Source: Tubiluchus corallicola (lineage: Eukaryota; Animalia; Priapulida). From it: DNA of 64,000 nt. The stretch covers positions 1-64,000 of the forward strand of contig JAQGDQ010000705.1 of the NCBI GenBank assembly GCA_030141605.1, in the 5' to 3' direction. Shown one piece after another: positions 35,501-50,100 of the stretch. Made by a program: the position numbers and the translations under genes. Every line of letters begins with the position of its first letter. Position 1 is the first letter of the stretch. The notes under the pieces are model-generated. The model made no database searches. It saw only the letters and a list, made by a program, of their open reading frames with translations, and was not told where the DNA came from.

Positions 35501-38500
35501 TAACAGTAGGTATGTTTAACTAAATTTATTTCATTACTTTCAAGTTTTATCTCGTTTTAATAAACCCAAACTAGAAACATTTCCAAGCAGTTTGGTAAGG
35601 ATAACTAACAACCCTACAACAAACACTTTCAAGCATTTTGCTTTTGTGTTTGTGAAGAATGAAGAAGTGGTAACCACCTAACTGATATAGTTTACTTAAA
35701 ATAACTACAAGTATACTTGATTTCATCGACATCGAATTTATGTATGGCAAGATGCTCTACAAAAGATTTACACAAGATTGCAATTAATATGAACGGTAGT
35801 TTTAAAATTTTACTAATGAGACATTTTCAGACATATCACACGTCCATGCAAGACAATGCCAATATCCGTCCACCAAGCCACATACTATCAGAATTCACGT
35901 ATGCTAAATTCTGATTCTGCCCAATTGCACCTATTACCTCACATTTAATTACAAAAATACACTATAATGCTGCACATTTTCATACACTTGGGGCATCTCC
36001 TAGTCACCTGCAAATCTTTCATGTAAGAATATGATAAAAATACTTGTTGAATTGCCACAAAAACTTTTGGAACTTGATTTCTACTGACAAGAAAAATGTA
36101 ACTTGTCCGCCTATTTTAACATACTTACTATGCTAGACACGCATGTAACTTTTGACCTAGTGAATTTTGTATATATTATTACAGGTTTGTCAATTCACTT
36201 GTATACTATGGCTTGTCATTTGGTGCAACAAACTGGGCAGGAAACTTGTACCTGAATTTCTTTCTAGCTGGTATAATCGAATTACCTGCCTACATCATAT
36301 TGATATGGTCACTAAAATGGTAACACTTAACACTACTTTAGAGCTACATTGTTGCTTTTGTTTATGTGTATTACATTTGACAAATTAATAATTATTCTGC
36401 CATAGCGAAAAGTTGACTTTCTGCTGACCAATGTTTATAACAGAACTTACAAGTGCATCCATATTATGGTGTAGCATTCTCAAGTAAGCCTATAAAGTAG
36501 AAAACAAACAATTTAGACACTGTATGTATACAAGCAAGACAATATTTGTGATTAAAGGTCATCAAATAGTCTGTGAGAACGAGGTCATTTTGCTTCTTTA
36601 GTTAAACACATAGGAATTATTGGGAATCACTTGTTCACAGTGTTATACAATTCAAATACTTTCCACGTAAAGTTAAATAATTATACATACAGGACATTTA
36701 AAAAGAAAATAGTATCTTTATCATTATATATAGTTACAATAATATTTAGAAAAAGCCAAAAAAGAAAAGTGGAAAATTAACGCGTTAATAATTTTTAATG
36801 TGATTTCATTTTTTAGGTTCGGGCGTCAAAAACCTCATTTTGTGTTTCACATGATAGCTGGACTACCTCTTTTTATTTTGCCTTTTATACCAGACAAGAC
36901 AGGTATACTAGTTTGAAACTGTAAATACTTTAGCTAGCATGTATTGTATTTCCCATCAAACGAAGTGTTATATGACTTATTGAACAATTATATAATAAAA
37001 AACTAAATCTTCTTCATGGGAACACTAAAGCATAAAATGAATCTCACGCTGCCAAATGCTTATTTGTTATATAACAAAACTGCAATCATTTGGTTTAAAT
37101 TCAATAAAATTATTCAAGACTGTGTAATAATCCTAAAAATGTTTAATTTTCGGCTTGTATACATGTTTTTTGCCAATGAAAAATGTTGAAATGGGCAAAA
37201 GAACTTCAAGGACACATGCTGAAGTTGTTCCTATCTGAGCAAACAAACTTCACCACTGTAAAGAATTATATGCAGCATAGCCTTTTTTCATCCTGACTAC
37301 TTTTTATTTGAACGATATCTGTTCAAAACAAGGTTGGAATGCACATGTACATTTGCTTCACCTCTTCAATGAATTGTGAGGATTAGCATTATACAGTAGA
37401 AGTGCATGATTAGCTTGCGAGCTTAACACCAGAGGCAGATACCTGCAGAATGACAGACTTAATAGGAAAAAGATCACCCATTAGCCAATCATGATAAGAT
37501 AAGTGAGATTCATAAGTAATATAAAAAATAGGTACAACACAAATCCTGCTTCATGGAATCGAAAACTAGTTCTAGGCAAAAATAACAACACTACAGCATC
37601 TGCAACCATTCTAATGACCAGACTAAACCATAAGCTGACTACTATACAATTGAAGGGAATGCACGTTTTACTTTTGCAGACAGTGGATATGATTTGACCG
37701 CAGTACAGACAACATTAAATGTCATCGGAAAATTTGGCATTACGGCTACATTTGGAGGCATTTACTTATTTGCTTCGGAACTGTATCCAACGGAAGTCAG
37801 GTGACAATTAAATAGTGAAGTGAATATGACGGCAGAAATACCTGTACATTTTTTATTAGTACAGAGGTAGCATCGAGATACTCATTTCTATTTAAAACTT
37901 GTACAAGAGACTTACTACACTACATTACACTAATTCAGCTATCAATTTCAAGTTACTAAAGCATTCCTAAAGCTGAGGATTCAGCTTCTGCGATTCAGCT
38001 GAGTCACAATTTTTTTTTATTTGCAAAAGTTGGGTTAACTTTTATTTTTTTCAATGTTAAATTTAATTCCAGCTAATTTGATGAAAAATTTTGAATACAA
38101 AACGAAACAAAGACCATTTTACTTAGGCGTAGTGTGGTCTGCATATGTGATAAAGCATAAGGCTGATATAATTAAAGCACTCTGAAATAACTAACTCAAG
38201 CCAAAACCTTATCGATCTCCAAGAATCCCGATAATAATTCCATATATAAGGTCTAATTTAGTAACAAGAGTAATTCGTAAATCAGTAGTATATTCTTATA
38301 TAAAAAATTGTTTAAGAGTTGTAACAGGCAGCATCAATACATTTCAGAAATGCCGGACTTGGTGTATCTTCATTTTGTGCCCGAGTTGGAGGCATCATTG
38401 CACCATTTGCTGGGAATACCCTGCAAGATTTGGCACCACTGGCGATGCCACTTATTCTGGGTGGGCTGGCTATTGTTGGTGGAGTAATGTGCTTGATTAT

Positions 38501-39358
38501 ACCAGAGACATCGCACCTTCCTACTCTTGAAACATTGGAAGATGTACGGTACCTCAGGTACAACAATTCTCAGGTTAATTTCTGTAAGGCTGGGTCTATT
38601 GATAAATGAAATCAAAACAAAAAATGATGGAGAAACCCAAAATCACTGCATTATACGTACCCACTAACAGAAGAAAGAGTAATTCATGTAACTGAGTCTA
38701 GGAGAGACCAAATAAAGTGAAAAGTGTGACAAGATGACAAATGTGTACTGCCAAACAGGAGCGTCTTAAGAAACGTAGTATCAGTGGTCACCTACCCAAG
38801 TACAGGCCTACCCTAGCTTTGACAAACGCAGGTACTTCCACCAGACTGCATCAACTCATCTGCATTATCCAGCTAAATCTAATGCATTCAGTTTTCATAC
38901 TGCAAAATGGTGATCAAACTATATGTTCTTTATGCAGCATTTACAGACATATGGTGTGACTTGAAATCAAATTGTTTGGGCAATGTACTTTGCAGATATC
39001 TTCCTAAAAATGTTTTATAGGAACTCTTCCTAAAGTTTGTCATCTAAGGCAACCTCTGCAAGTCTGTGTTTTTGGGCACAGCTGATAATTAATGTTTAAT
39101 TCTTCGATATAAAAAACCAGTTTCACCTAATTTATATAGATTATTATTTGTTGTGGTAAATGCAGTCTGTAATAAATGTAATAAAACCACTACAACATTG
39201 GGAACAAGCACCTCAAGTGTTGTATGATGTTCAAAATAATTATGCAAATAGCTGAAAATCTAATCTAATCCTACATAAAACTCTTCATTTTTTTCAGAAA
39301 GGACATCAACAAGCAAATGAGACTAGAAAAAGAAAACAAAAATGATGTGAAAAGATAA
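29505..39358 (+). CDS. SLC22 / organic cation transporter-like MFS transporter, 10 coding exons
   Basis: Exons 29505-29759, 31336-31467, 31688-31918, 33340-33536, 35013-35234, 36185-36319, 36817-36902, 37680-37800, 38348-38557 and 39298-39358, all in frame via GT-AG. Motifs: C.NGWDY, EFDLVC, SDLFGRK, WRYLQL, PET.HWL, NSLVYYGLS, GNLYLNF..IELPAY, FGR, ELYPTEVRNAGLG..SFCARVG and PET. Confidence 0.93.
32659..33209 (-). mobile_element. Composite SINE: 5S rRNA-derived head plus RTE-like body and (CAA)n tail
   Basis: 33209-33100 is 5S rRNA sequence. It is followed by ~430 bp of body, largely shared with 10857-11196, ending ...TCTTCCGAGACAGAAGGACGCCAACAACAA. Confidence 0.85.
33100..33209 (-). pseudogene. 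5S rRNA-derived sequence (SINE head); lacks the first ~10 nt and an oligo-T terminator
   Basis: Minus strand ATATCACGTTGAAAACACCGGTTCTCGTCTGATCACCGAAGTTAGGCAACGTAGAGCCTGGTTAGTACTTGGATGGGTGACCGCCTTGGTATACCAGGTGCTGTAGGCTT matches metazoan 5S rRNA, including the A and C boxes. Confidence 0.93.
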
Positions 39359-41837
39359 TAAATTTAGTGTATACTAGAAAAATTTCCACACAATGGTGAA
39401 TAGAGAATAGTGGTACTGTACTGTCTGCAGCCTTGAGCGGTATGAGGATTTTTAAGCAAAGTGAATGCAGTGTGTAAGTAGAAAAGTGACATTAGCAAAC
39501 AAAAGGAAGTTTAACGAGTTTAGCTGAAAAAGGAAATGTGCATTCGTGAAAGCACAGTAAACAGCATGTGAAATGAACACTTCCGATCATTTTAATGAAA
39601 AGCAATAAAAAAGTACATGAAGTACATTTGCCACGATTTTACTGTATCATTAGAAGATTATACTGAAGATGTGTAAGCTAATTTCAAAGCTAAGTTTTTT
39701 ACTTTAAGTGATAAAACTTATGAATGTGATTATTATTTTAAAGGATGAGATAGTTAACCATCCATGGTAGTTTTGTTATATAAACAACAAAACTGCCCCA
39801 GAGCAGAGCTGGTAACTTTTGGCTTAATGGATTTGATAAAAATATACATGAAAAAACTATAACTGAATCTAGATTGCCAGCATCACTGCTACTGTCTGCT
39901 TTGCAAGTCATAATTATGATACGCTTATACCTAATATAACTCAGGTTCAAAAACCCAGCTTAATACACATTTTCAAAAACCGTCGATTTTGCCTTAAAGC
40001 TTTGATCGCGCCATACGCGCAGAAAAGCGCATAACAATGCCCAGCAAAACAGTAACGCCACCAGGGCGGCTCTGGCGTAGCTACAGCAAACTCCAAAAAG
40101 GGTACATTCACTATATAGGAACCCGTGCTTTACAATAAATATAATAAATATTATGTTTTACATAATCAGGTAAAGTATTACTTTATATTCTATGGAGAAA
40201 CTGTTCTACTTACCTTTCAGCAATTATACTTTTTGTCATACCGAGTTTTTTTTAAAACAATAACTTTAAATGGGAGTTACTATAAACTTAAGCAGTGAAG
40301 AAAACTGACGTACTACAATATGAGAGTTAATAGCTTTAGATATTTTTGCGCAAGGAATTGAATACGTACTTACAGTGAATGTTGTACAGCATAAGTACTG
40401 TTGCTTGAAATGTTTAACTTTAAATGCCATAGACAAGGCAGTGCAGCAAATAAAATTATTTTTAAAAAGTCAACTTGTACTTCAGTTTGTACTTTCTGTT
40501 GTTTAAGGAGTATTAACAATCACTTAAACGTTATACCTAAAGAAAAGCTATTGCTTATCATATGCAAATTCTATTTTCAAGAAAACTGACAACAAAATTT
40601 ATTCAAATAAAATATGTGTTTCCATTAGTTTCCAAACTACTTCTCTAATTTCCTGGCAACACAACTCACCTCAGGCATGTAAGTAGTTTGTTATGTCATA
40701 TATTATCTAAAACGTGGTGTGACTAGTCTAGAAGAAAGTGTATGGTATCTAGGCTAGAGGCTATTATAGATGTATCTGATGGTATGATCTATGACGTTTT
40801 CAGACAGAAAACACAACACTACATTTAGGCAAAAAAATGTCTTTGATTTTGAAGCTATATCTCTTAGCATAAGTTACACATCTAAACCAGCTTAAATTAC
40901 TTGATAAGTTGCCAAGGTATAACTAAACAAATGATATGCTAAATTTACTACTGAAAATTAAAATTTAGGGATAATTCATTTTATTAAATCAAGTTTGTGT
41001 CTATTATTCAAAATAACAAAATATATCAATATTTTATGTACCACTTTGCACATACTAAATCAGAACAGGTGTATTCTAGCACTAACAGTCAATATATAAA
41101 AGGAAAAGCGGATAAGCTAGAATTTGAACAAATAGGCAGAAAAATCCGTTTATACTTCATATTTTGACATCAGGGTTCAACAGATAGAATACAGATTTAA
41201 AGCAACTTCTTTTGAAGAAAATCAGTTTTAAACCAAAAGCATAATTTATAAAATAAATAAAAAATGCTCAGTACAACTTGTGTCAAATGAGTGCAAGACA
41301 AAATAAGTAATAATATGCAGAACATTGCTATCATATGCTATCATATTTTTAAATTGATGTTTTATGTGAACATGCATAAGTATATGGCTGTGGTGGCAGA
41401 AAGAACATACTAATTGGAAATTATTTTCAGTTAAATAAAACTTTAACTAAACCAAATATCCCAGCAATTTACAATTTAATAAAATGAGCAGAACCTTTTC
41501 ATTTTGAATGTAGACCCAACTTTATTATTTTATATTAAAAAATTACATGTAGAAAATTTGTATTTCTAAAACTAAGACTAACAATATTTGTACATGATAT
41601 TTAGCCCATTGCTGCAATAAAGGAAAAGTAGACCAATTGATAGGTGCACTAAACATTGAAGACTTGCACAGATTTGAATTAATTATGATTTTCAGTGCAG
41701 TCGTGTATAAAACGTTTGAAATACGAACACAAGTCTCAACCACACATCGGAATAAGAGAGACTCGTGGAGAAAATTCTTGTTACAATTAAAGTACTACTT
41801 ACATGCATGTGACACCATGATTACAATATTAAGGAAC

Positions 41838-43823
41838 TCAAGTTTCATCATGTTCCACTTTTCGTCTTTGCTTTGATGAATTGCCTGAAGGTGTCTCTTC
41901 TACGTCTTTTAATAATAAGCTTGGTGAGCTTGAAGGTGATTCTTGATTAGTTACATCTACTTTGTCAGCACCTGACTGAATTAAATTTTCTGAACTCAGC
42001 TTCCGATAAACAGCCAAAGCCTGAAAATGAAAATGAATGGTAAAGAAAAAAATAACAAAAGTCCATGAGTTACATGTGGTAATGAATCAAATTATCAGAT
42101 CACTGCATAATAGACATATAGGCATATCTAAACAAAATGCAATGCATTTTAAAGTTCTTGTTTAAGGATCGAAATAACTGTTTACCCTTATAAAAAAAGC
42201 TAAAAAATTTTAACTCTTTCTTGCAAACTAGCTTTCTATGTAGTACAGTAAGTCCTCACTTAAAAATACTAAGTCAACCACTTATCAAAACACAGTGTCA
42301 AGATATGACATTAAACACAACAAAGCTTGGGTCAAATACTATTGTTAAAAATTTTCACATTACCAATAAGCCGTTTCACTGTTTTGCTATGCAAATGCTC
42401 AGTTACTGTAGGTCAAAGGTTAAGTGAACCACAGCAACTACCACCGCCATGTGACATGTGGGTAAAGCAAAGCCATCTGCCATTTCACTTCAGTAGTTTC
42501 AGTTGCGACGCCATTTCCTTGTTCTTTCACATGGACTTTACTTAATAAAGCATTAGTCTGTCAGATGAGAGTGACTTACTAGCAGGATCTTGCTTGGGAA
42601 CAAGAAAAAATTAGCTAGGTAAGGTTCTGTCTAGCTGTTAAAACTGTTACTACTACAATAGCATGAGCTGTGAGGCACTGTCTGGTTCAAATAAACATCA
42701 TAAATCGATGGAACTGTGAAAAGGCTTATTGTGCTAAACAGCTTATAAGTACTATATACTATAAATGTACATAAATGTATTATATACATTACTGGGCTAA
42801 AATAATGTTCTGGTTGTACAAATAAAAGAGGCCAGTGTCAACAGAATCTTGCTTTTTAATAATGGATGACTTTCACAAATAATGTAAAATTTGTAAGTTG
42901 TTTAGATAAAATGAACTATATTCCAAAGATCAAACAAACCACCACAAGTAGTAAAATTAATATTATCTATCGGGAAAGTTATACCATAAGTAAGGCATGT
43001 CACGTGAAACAAACAGTTGTAAAATTATTCACAACTTTCCAATAAACTATTATGAAAACGAGAAAGGCATACCTGAGAAACCATACTGCTCATGTCGGCT
43101 GCATTTGCTGGAACAATTACAGTATTTGTTTGCTTTGCCAGATTACTAAAAGCACCCACGTACTGCTCAGCAACATTCAAAGATGCTGCATTAATGCCGT
43201 CCTAAATAATATATTATGATAATGTAGCTCAGATAATTAATACCACTGAAGAGACTGTAACAGTCCCCCCCTCCCCCCCCCCCGTTACACTTACAAGTCT
43301 GAGTGAAAGAAGGCAAGAGTCGGGTCTAATTCAGCACTTACTCTAAAGTACTAGGACTTGGACTTGGTTCCCGTGCAGTGCTAGGAACATGCACTTCAGA
43401 ACTTAATCACTAAACTATCAAACTCGCAAATACTTAACAGGAATAAGTGATATGAAATCATTGTGATTTTGCAGAAAGGCATAAAATTACAAAATGCTCA
43501 ATAACTTTGTTTAAGAAAGTGCAGAAATGGAGAACGAAAATTTATATTAGTGATGAAAAATTGTGTGAAAGTATGAATTGTCTGATTAAAGATTAAATGC
43601 ATTTTTCATTAATATATGTTATATATATTAATATATATATATATATATTAACGTTATATTATATATATGTTATATATATATAGTTATATATGTGATATAT
43701 ATTAATATAAATATATATATTAACGTTATATATATTAATGTTATATATATATTGTTAAATATGTAACATGTTTTTATCCTAGCCAAAATTTTAGGTTTCA
43801 TTACATCAAGACAGTTAGAATGG

Positions 43824-43856
<33 letters not shown>

Positions 43857-46688
43857 GTTGTAATTCTGCAAATTCAGATTACCTTTCCTACGAGTGATTT
43901 TGCAATGACGTGAAGAGATTTTGCTCGTGCCTCAGCCTTTGCAAGAATTGCGTTCGCCTCGCCGGCTGCCCTGTTAATCTGTTCCGTCTTCCAACCCTCA
44001 GATGACAATATCTGACTCCTTTTCTTCCCCTCTGCGACGTTAATCTCAGCTTCTCTCATACCTTAAACAAAGAATCTAATTATGAAATTAGTAGCAAAAA
44101 AGCATATTTATTTTCTAAAGGCAAATAGATACCTTCTGCTCAAGAAATCATAAGCCTCAAAAATCGATCTACATCTACAGATACAGCCACAAGCGCATAT
44201 TTATACAAAAACATTCAAATAAATTTAAGAAAATTGTTAAACAGAAATTGCTGTGGATTGTTGACATTATTTTAAAACTCCTGCATCAAAGTCTAAACTG
44301 TATAAAGCCATAACTTGACTGCTATCTTCAGTGAAACTTGTGCAAGGTTAGTTTGAGTTCAGTGGCATTCTGATAGGCTTGAGAAGGTAGTATAAAGTCT
44401 AGAAATGATAAAAGACAACTGCAAAGAGGAACGGAAAGTTTGTAGATGTCTTTCTTAGTTGTTTAAAATTTTTAATTTCTTCCATTTATTAGTTTCACCA
44501 ATATGCAGAAAGATGCCCACATAAGATACTGGATGAAATTAGGGCAGAATAGTTTTTTCGACAAGTTAAAGTTTAGGTGTGAAATTAAAGAATTAATCTT
44601 GTTCAATTAACGAAAAGTACCAATAATCCTTAACTTTTTCCTGTACATGGAGATAGCATGAATGGTGCAAATAATTATTGCAAACAAAACAAATTAGATT
44701 GCAAAATTCAAATAAAGCTTTAATGAATGCCAGTCTTCAGAGTGAAGTTTATTGCTTGTACAATTCTTGAACTCAGGATCCAGAGAGAACTTAGAGTTCT
44801 GCATTCACCATTGTTTGTATGTGGTTTCAGAATTCTGTGCATGGACGATTTCTGTATGATAGAGAGATAATGTTTCGGTTACCTTCTGATTCAAGAATTG
44901 CTGCACGTTTTTTCCTCTCAGCTTCCACCTGCATTTGCATGGCTTCCGTAATGCGTGTTGGCAACCTCATGTCTCTAATCTCATATCGTAAACAGATTAT
45001 TCCCCAAGCCTCTGCTGCCTTGTTCACTGCCTCTGTAAGCATTATAAATAATTTAGTAAACCTATTTCAAACAATATGGCTGCACAGAATAACTTGCTTA
45101 TAAACAAGATATAGTTCGAAACTTGTATGTCACTATGACAAAATTACCCTATGACATCATTAACTGTGGCACTTTAAACGACGTCAGGAAATGTCACAAT
45201 TGTGGTTCAGTTGTAAAAAGTAGTTATGCTATAACATTAATGGTGTTTAGGTAGCCTAGTTTGTTAGCTTCAAAGAAAAAAGGAATTTTGAAATTGTTTA
45301 CGTTATTATATAACATTGTTCCTTCCATCGATGTGACCTCATTAAATAATTAAACATTAACCAAAGTACATAAAAAAATTTATAGACCTAAAATAACTGT
45401 GGTGACATGACTGATGGGCGGTACTTACAAAGATCAGTGTTATGCCTTCCGAATTACATAAAATTAATTGATGGACGAATAAGACTAGTTCAGATTCCTA
45501 ATGCTGAAATCAAATCATTTTACTAGGGCAAAATGCTTACCAAGTTACTGCTGATTTTCATGATTGACGGTGTATCATTTAAACATATAATTTACAAAAC
45601 TCGTAGGTGTATTACTTAACCTTTTTAGACTAGCCAGCTAAGAGGTTATACAGTGTATGATGTTATCACGATGGAGGCAGAAAAATGCGGCAAAAATTTC
45701 GTTTTGGCAATGATATTAAATCAGTAGGTTACATAAAACAACTAAAGTAGCGAGCAATTCACCAACCAACAATTGCTATGTTGAGTGATTCCCTTTCTCT
45801 AAAGACAGTATCCAATTGAATTTTTCCTACTTCAGATCGCATAGTTGTTTGTGCCAGCTGTGTTATAGCATACTCTGGATCCTCCACACCATAACTTGCC
45901 TAAAAATAATTAAATGATTAGCCCATTTTCTTTACATATTCTAATTCTTTTAGCAACCGCTTCAAGAGTTGGAGAAGTGTTAATATCTTCAATTTTTATC
46001 AGCGACATTTTGTTAGTTTGGAAACTAAAGTTAAACAAACCTATTCTAAAAGTAAATATATAGGACATTTTGAGCACAAACAGTTGAAATAAAGTTCCAT
46101 GTGCAAATAAAAAAGCTTCACGTTTTAATATTTACTGAGGCATAAATTGGCTTAATGCTTAAGTACATTATCTATGTTACAGACAAAGTGTGAAGTTGGG
46201 TATTCTATAAAATGCCTAGGCATTTTACAGAATGCCAAAACAAACCAGGTAAACTGTCTAAAATAGCTCTTTCTACACTTTTCCTAGGCATTATATATGT
46301 TACAGGCAAAGTATGAAGTTGGGTATTCTGTAAAATGCCGAAATAAATCAGGAAAGCATCTAAAATAGCTCCATCTACACTTTTCCTAAGCATTATATAC
46401 AATGCAAAAGTCTCTCTAGGTAAAGCGTGTAATTTTTAGATTTTAAGTATACCTTTCCTATGCATTTCATAGAATGTTAAAAAAAAATTTTTAGTTAAGA
46501 TAGAAATAAAGCAAGTGTTCAATTGTTCTGATATAATTTTCCTTGACATTATATATAAAGCTAACTTTATTTTAGGAAATGTGCGAAATTGGACCAAGTC
46601 ATGTTTCAACGTTCCCGCAAATTTCTGTGACTTGTTGCTTGTTTTTTTCATGTCCTAGAATTTTGTCATTCCTCTTCTGTGCTGAATG

Positions 46689-46782
<94 letters not shown>

Positions 46783-47061
46783 CTGCTGTGCAGACTGCAA
46801 TTCATAAAATGCTCTCTTTTAAATGGTCTGATTTTAATCTGTTTCATAAAATATGTTCTCTGCATATCAAATTCCTATTATTAACCTCTCCTTCCATGAC
46901 AATACCAGTCATAGCCATTTATTTCTGCACAACACGCAAAATTGTATTTACGTAAGTTCCAAGCCTTGCATTTAAAAAGATTATTTAGGTTTAATTCCTC
47001 TTCTGTGCTGAATGGAGAGAGAGAGAGAGAGAGCGAGAGCGAGAGCGAGAGCGAGAGCGAG

Positions 47062-47153
<92 letters not shown>

Positions 47154-50100
47154 CAGAGAGAGATGATCTGCTATTATTAACCTCTTCTTCCATGACAATA
47201 CCAGTCACAGCCATTTATTTCTGCACAACATGCAAAATTGTATTTACGTAAGTTCCAAGCCTTACATTTACAAAGATTATTTAGGTTTAATAAATTTGTG
47301 CCTAGTGCTAAGAATGTTGGTATGCATAAATTGACGATTCTTCGTAAGAACTTTACTGAATCCAGCTGCAGACAATTTCTAGTTATGGAAAGAGATCCAT
47401 CTGGTTGAACAGCATGTCTGATGTTGCACCCATTTACCAGTATAAAAATTAACTCACGGGCTTGACAGCTTGCTTAGTTTCACACATTGGCTAAGTCGTT
47501 GTACGTACTCTATACAATGCCTAAGTATGCTATAAAATATCTAGCAAAAGCTTGATTCAACATGAATTATGTTCATTTTGCACTTTGCCAAAGTCACTAT
47601 ATGCATTTTATATAAATCCTAGCTATTATACAAAACACCTAGGCAAAGTGTGAAAAAGTCGCACCAGAAAGATTTATTTCACACTTTTCCCGAAATACAT
47701 AGGTATTACATGAAATGCCCAGGAATTTTATAGAATGCCTAAATTTTACTCGTTGACTGTAACTTGTACAAAGCAGAAGTCTCTCTAGGCAAAGTGTGTA
47801 ATTCTTATATACATTATGAAAGAAAATAATTGTATTTTTTTTTTTACCTTGTATGGATCAAACACTCTCAAGTATAGTACACCATCAATATTTAGAGTGA
47901 CATTATCTGGAATAAACATACTATTGCTGAATAATCAGCACAAACAGTAGCAACACAAAAAAATAATTTTAAATTGTGTGGATGACAGAAAAATAATAAT
48001 TCTAATAGAACTTAGAGAATTTGATGCAAGTTTATAAGCAACAAGAGAAGCACAGCTTTTACAAACAGACACAAGTGCAGTAATCTAAAACAAAAGTAAT
48101 ACTGACCGACAGTGATAGCACTTTGCTGAGGTATTTCAATGGCTATTTCCTTCAGGCTTTGTACGTATTTGACTTTATCAACAACTGGTAAAAGCAAGTT
48201 AAATCCCTGTCCAAAGAAAAATCAAAGATCTCATTCAAACAGACAATTAGAATATTCCAACTATGACAGAAATGTTACTGAGCATATTACACATGATACA
48301 AAACTTTACTATGTATATTACACATGATACAAAACTTTACTACATATATTACACATGATACAAAACTTTACTACGTATATTACACATGATATAAAACTTT
48401 ACTAAGTATATTACACAAGATTACAAAACTTTACTGAGTATATTACACATGATACAAAACTGAAATAGAAACAAATATTTGGAACATATACTTTCTTCAA
48501 CATCTACAACTATCTACATCCACTTTGAGACACATTATTAACAGTGCAGTCATCACTGACTGGTATGCTGCCATGCAGAAAACTCTAAAGTTGGAAATTT
48601 TGATTGACTGAACCACTTGTAGAAAACTCTAGAGCTGAATGTGTAGAGACCTTGAAATAGATACTTTTAGACTGAATTATACGACTGGTTCACTCTGGCA
48701 GTTAAAGCAAGAGGAGAATAGAAAACTGCATTGAACTGTGAAACACTTTACTTGCTATATGCACTATTTACATGAAAAGGAAGACACATATGGTGACAAC
48801 TCAGCAACAATAATCAAGAGGAAAAAAGCCCAGGCTGACCTTGGCAGAACTACCCAAGTCACATGCACCTACTGAGCTCACCCGATTGCCTAGTAAAACT
48901 CAATAGCGATCTTCACTACCATGTATAGGAAGCCCAGCTGGTACAGGTGACTGAGCAGCACAGACCAAGGCCACAACCTGGATTAAACTTCAGTCAAGTT
49001 ACAATAATAAACAATTATAAATTTAGGCAGCACCCCATGTTTAATTATTGGTAGTAGTGCTTTCAGTTATAAATTGCAAATGAAAATATGTGACATGCCA
49101 CACTGCTTGTCGCAATGCGCATTTTTATATTAAATTGCTTGTCAGTTGCACATATTTTAACGGCAATAAAGAATTTATCTTTATATATCTATCTATCACC
49201 AACATATCTATCTACTTTATCTACTTTGGTAAAGGAAATTAAAATTTTCCTTGCTATTCATGTTTGAGATCATGTTAATCATATCAGCAAACGAATGTTA
49301 TGGCTCAGGTGGTTGCTTCTTTTTTTGCATGAGCAATTGCAATCTGTTTGCAAGTACTTGTTGTTCTGGAAAATATTTACGTTATTTTTTATCTTTGCAA
49401 ATATCATGTATTATTGTAGTTAGCAAATTCAACTTTGTCATAATTATTTTTTTTTGGAAAAATATTCCAGTGGCATATTAACACCACTAGTGTTTATTTA
49501 GGTCTATTAATCTTTTATTTTATTGGGTAATTTGCCTGACAAACACCTAGCTAGCAGAACCATAAAACTTGGATATCAGCAAATTGTTGCACAACTTTTT
49601 GCCTTCAATAAAGAGTTGCTGGGTTTTTAATATGATACATTTTGCATCACCTGATGCATATATAATGAAACTATTCTTACAGGATCCAGGATGCGATGAA
49701 ATCTTCCCATCCTTTCCACAACCCAAGCCTCTTGTTGCGGTACAAACATCATTACAGTGTTAATAGGTTTACCCGATTTGAACCGCAAACTGACACGGTG
49801 CGTATAGGCAGCTTGCCACAACAATGATTGCTGAAAAATAATTAATAAGTCATATATAATAAATTAACCGATAAACTCCAACAAGCACTCTATATATACA
49901 TATATAGTAGCGGAATGTTGACAAAAGGCTGCGACACAACAGCAAACTGCATAGAGCACAATGTTAAACATAGTACCAGACGATAATGTGACAGTATGCT
50001 TTAGCACAGGTGCCAAAGAAGTTGACAGAACTATCTCTAATTTAAGCAACAGCAGCTCCGATAAGTTAGCTGGCTTACTGATGAAATTCATGTATATGGT

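Noticed and set aside
46599-47251. Ser/Leu- and Arg/Glu-repeat ORFs; likewise the Val/Cys ORF at 28762
   Set aside because: These are translations of (GA)n and (GT)n microsatellites.
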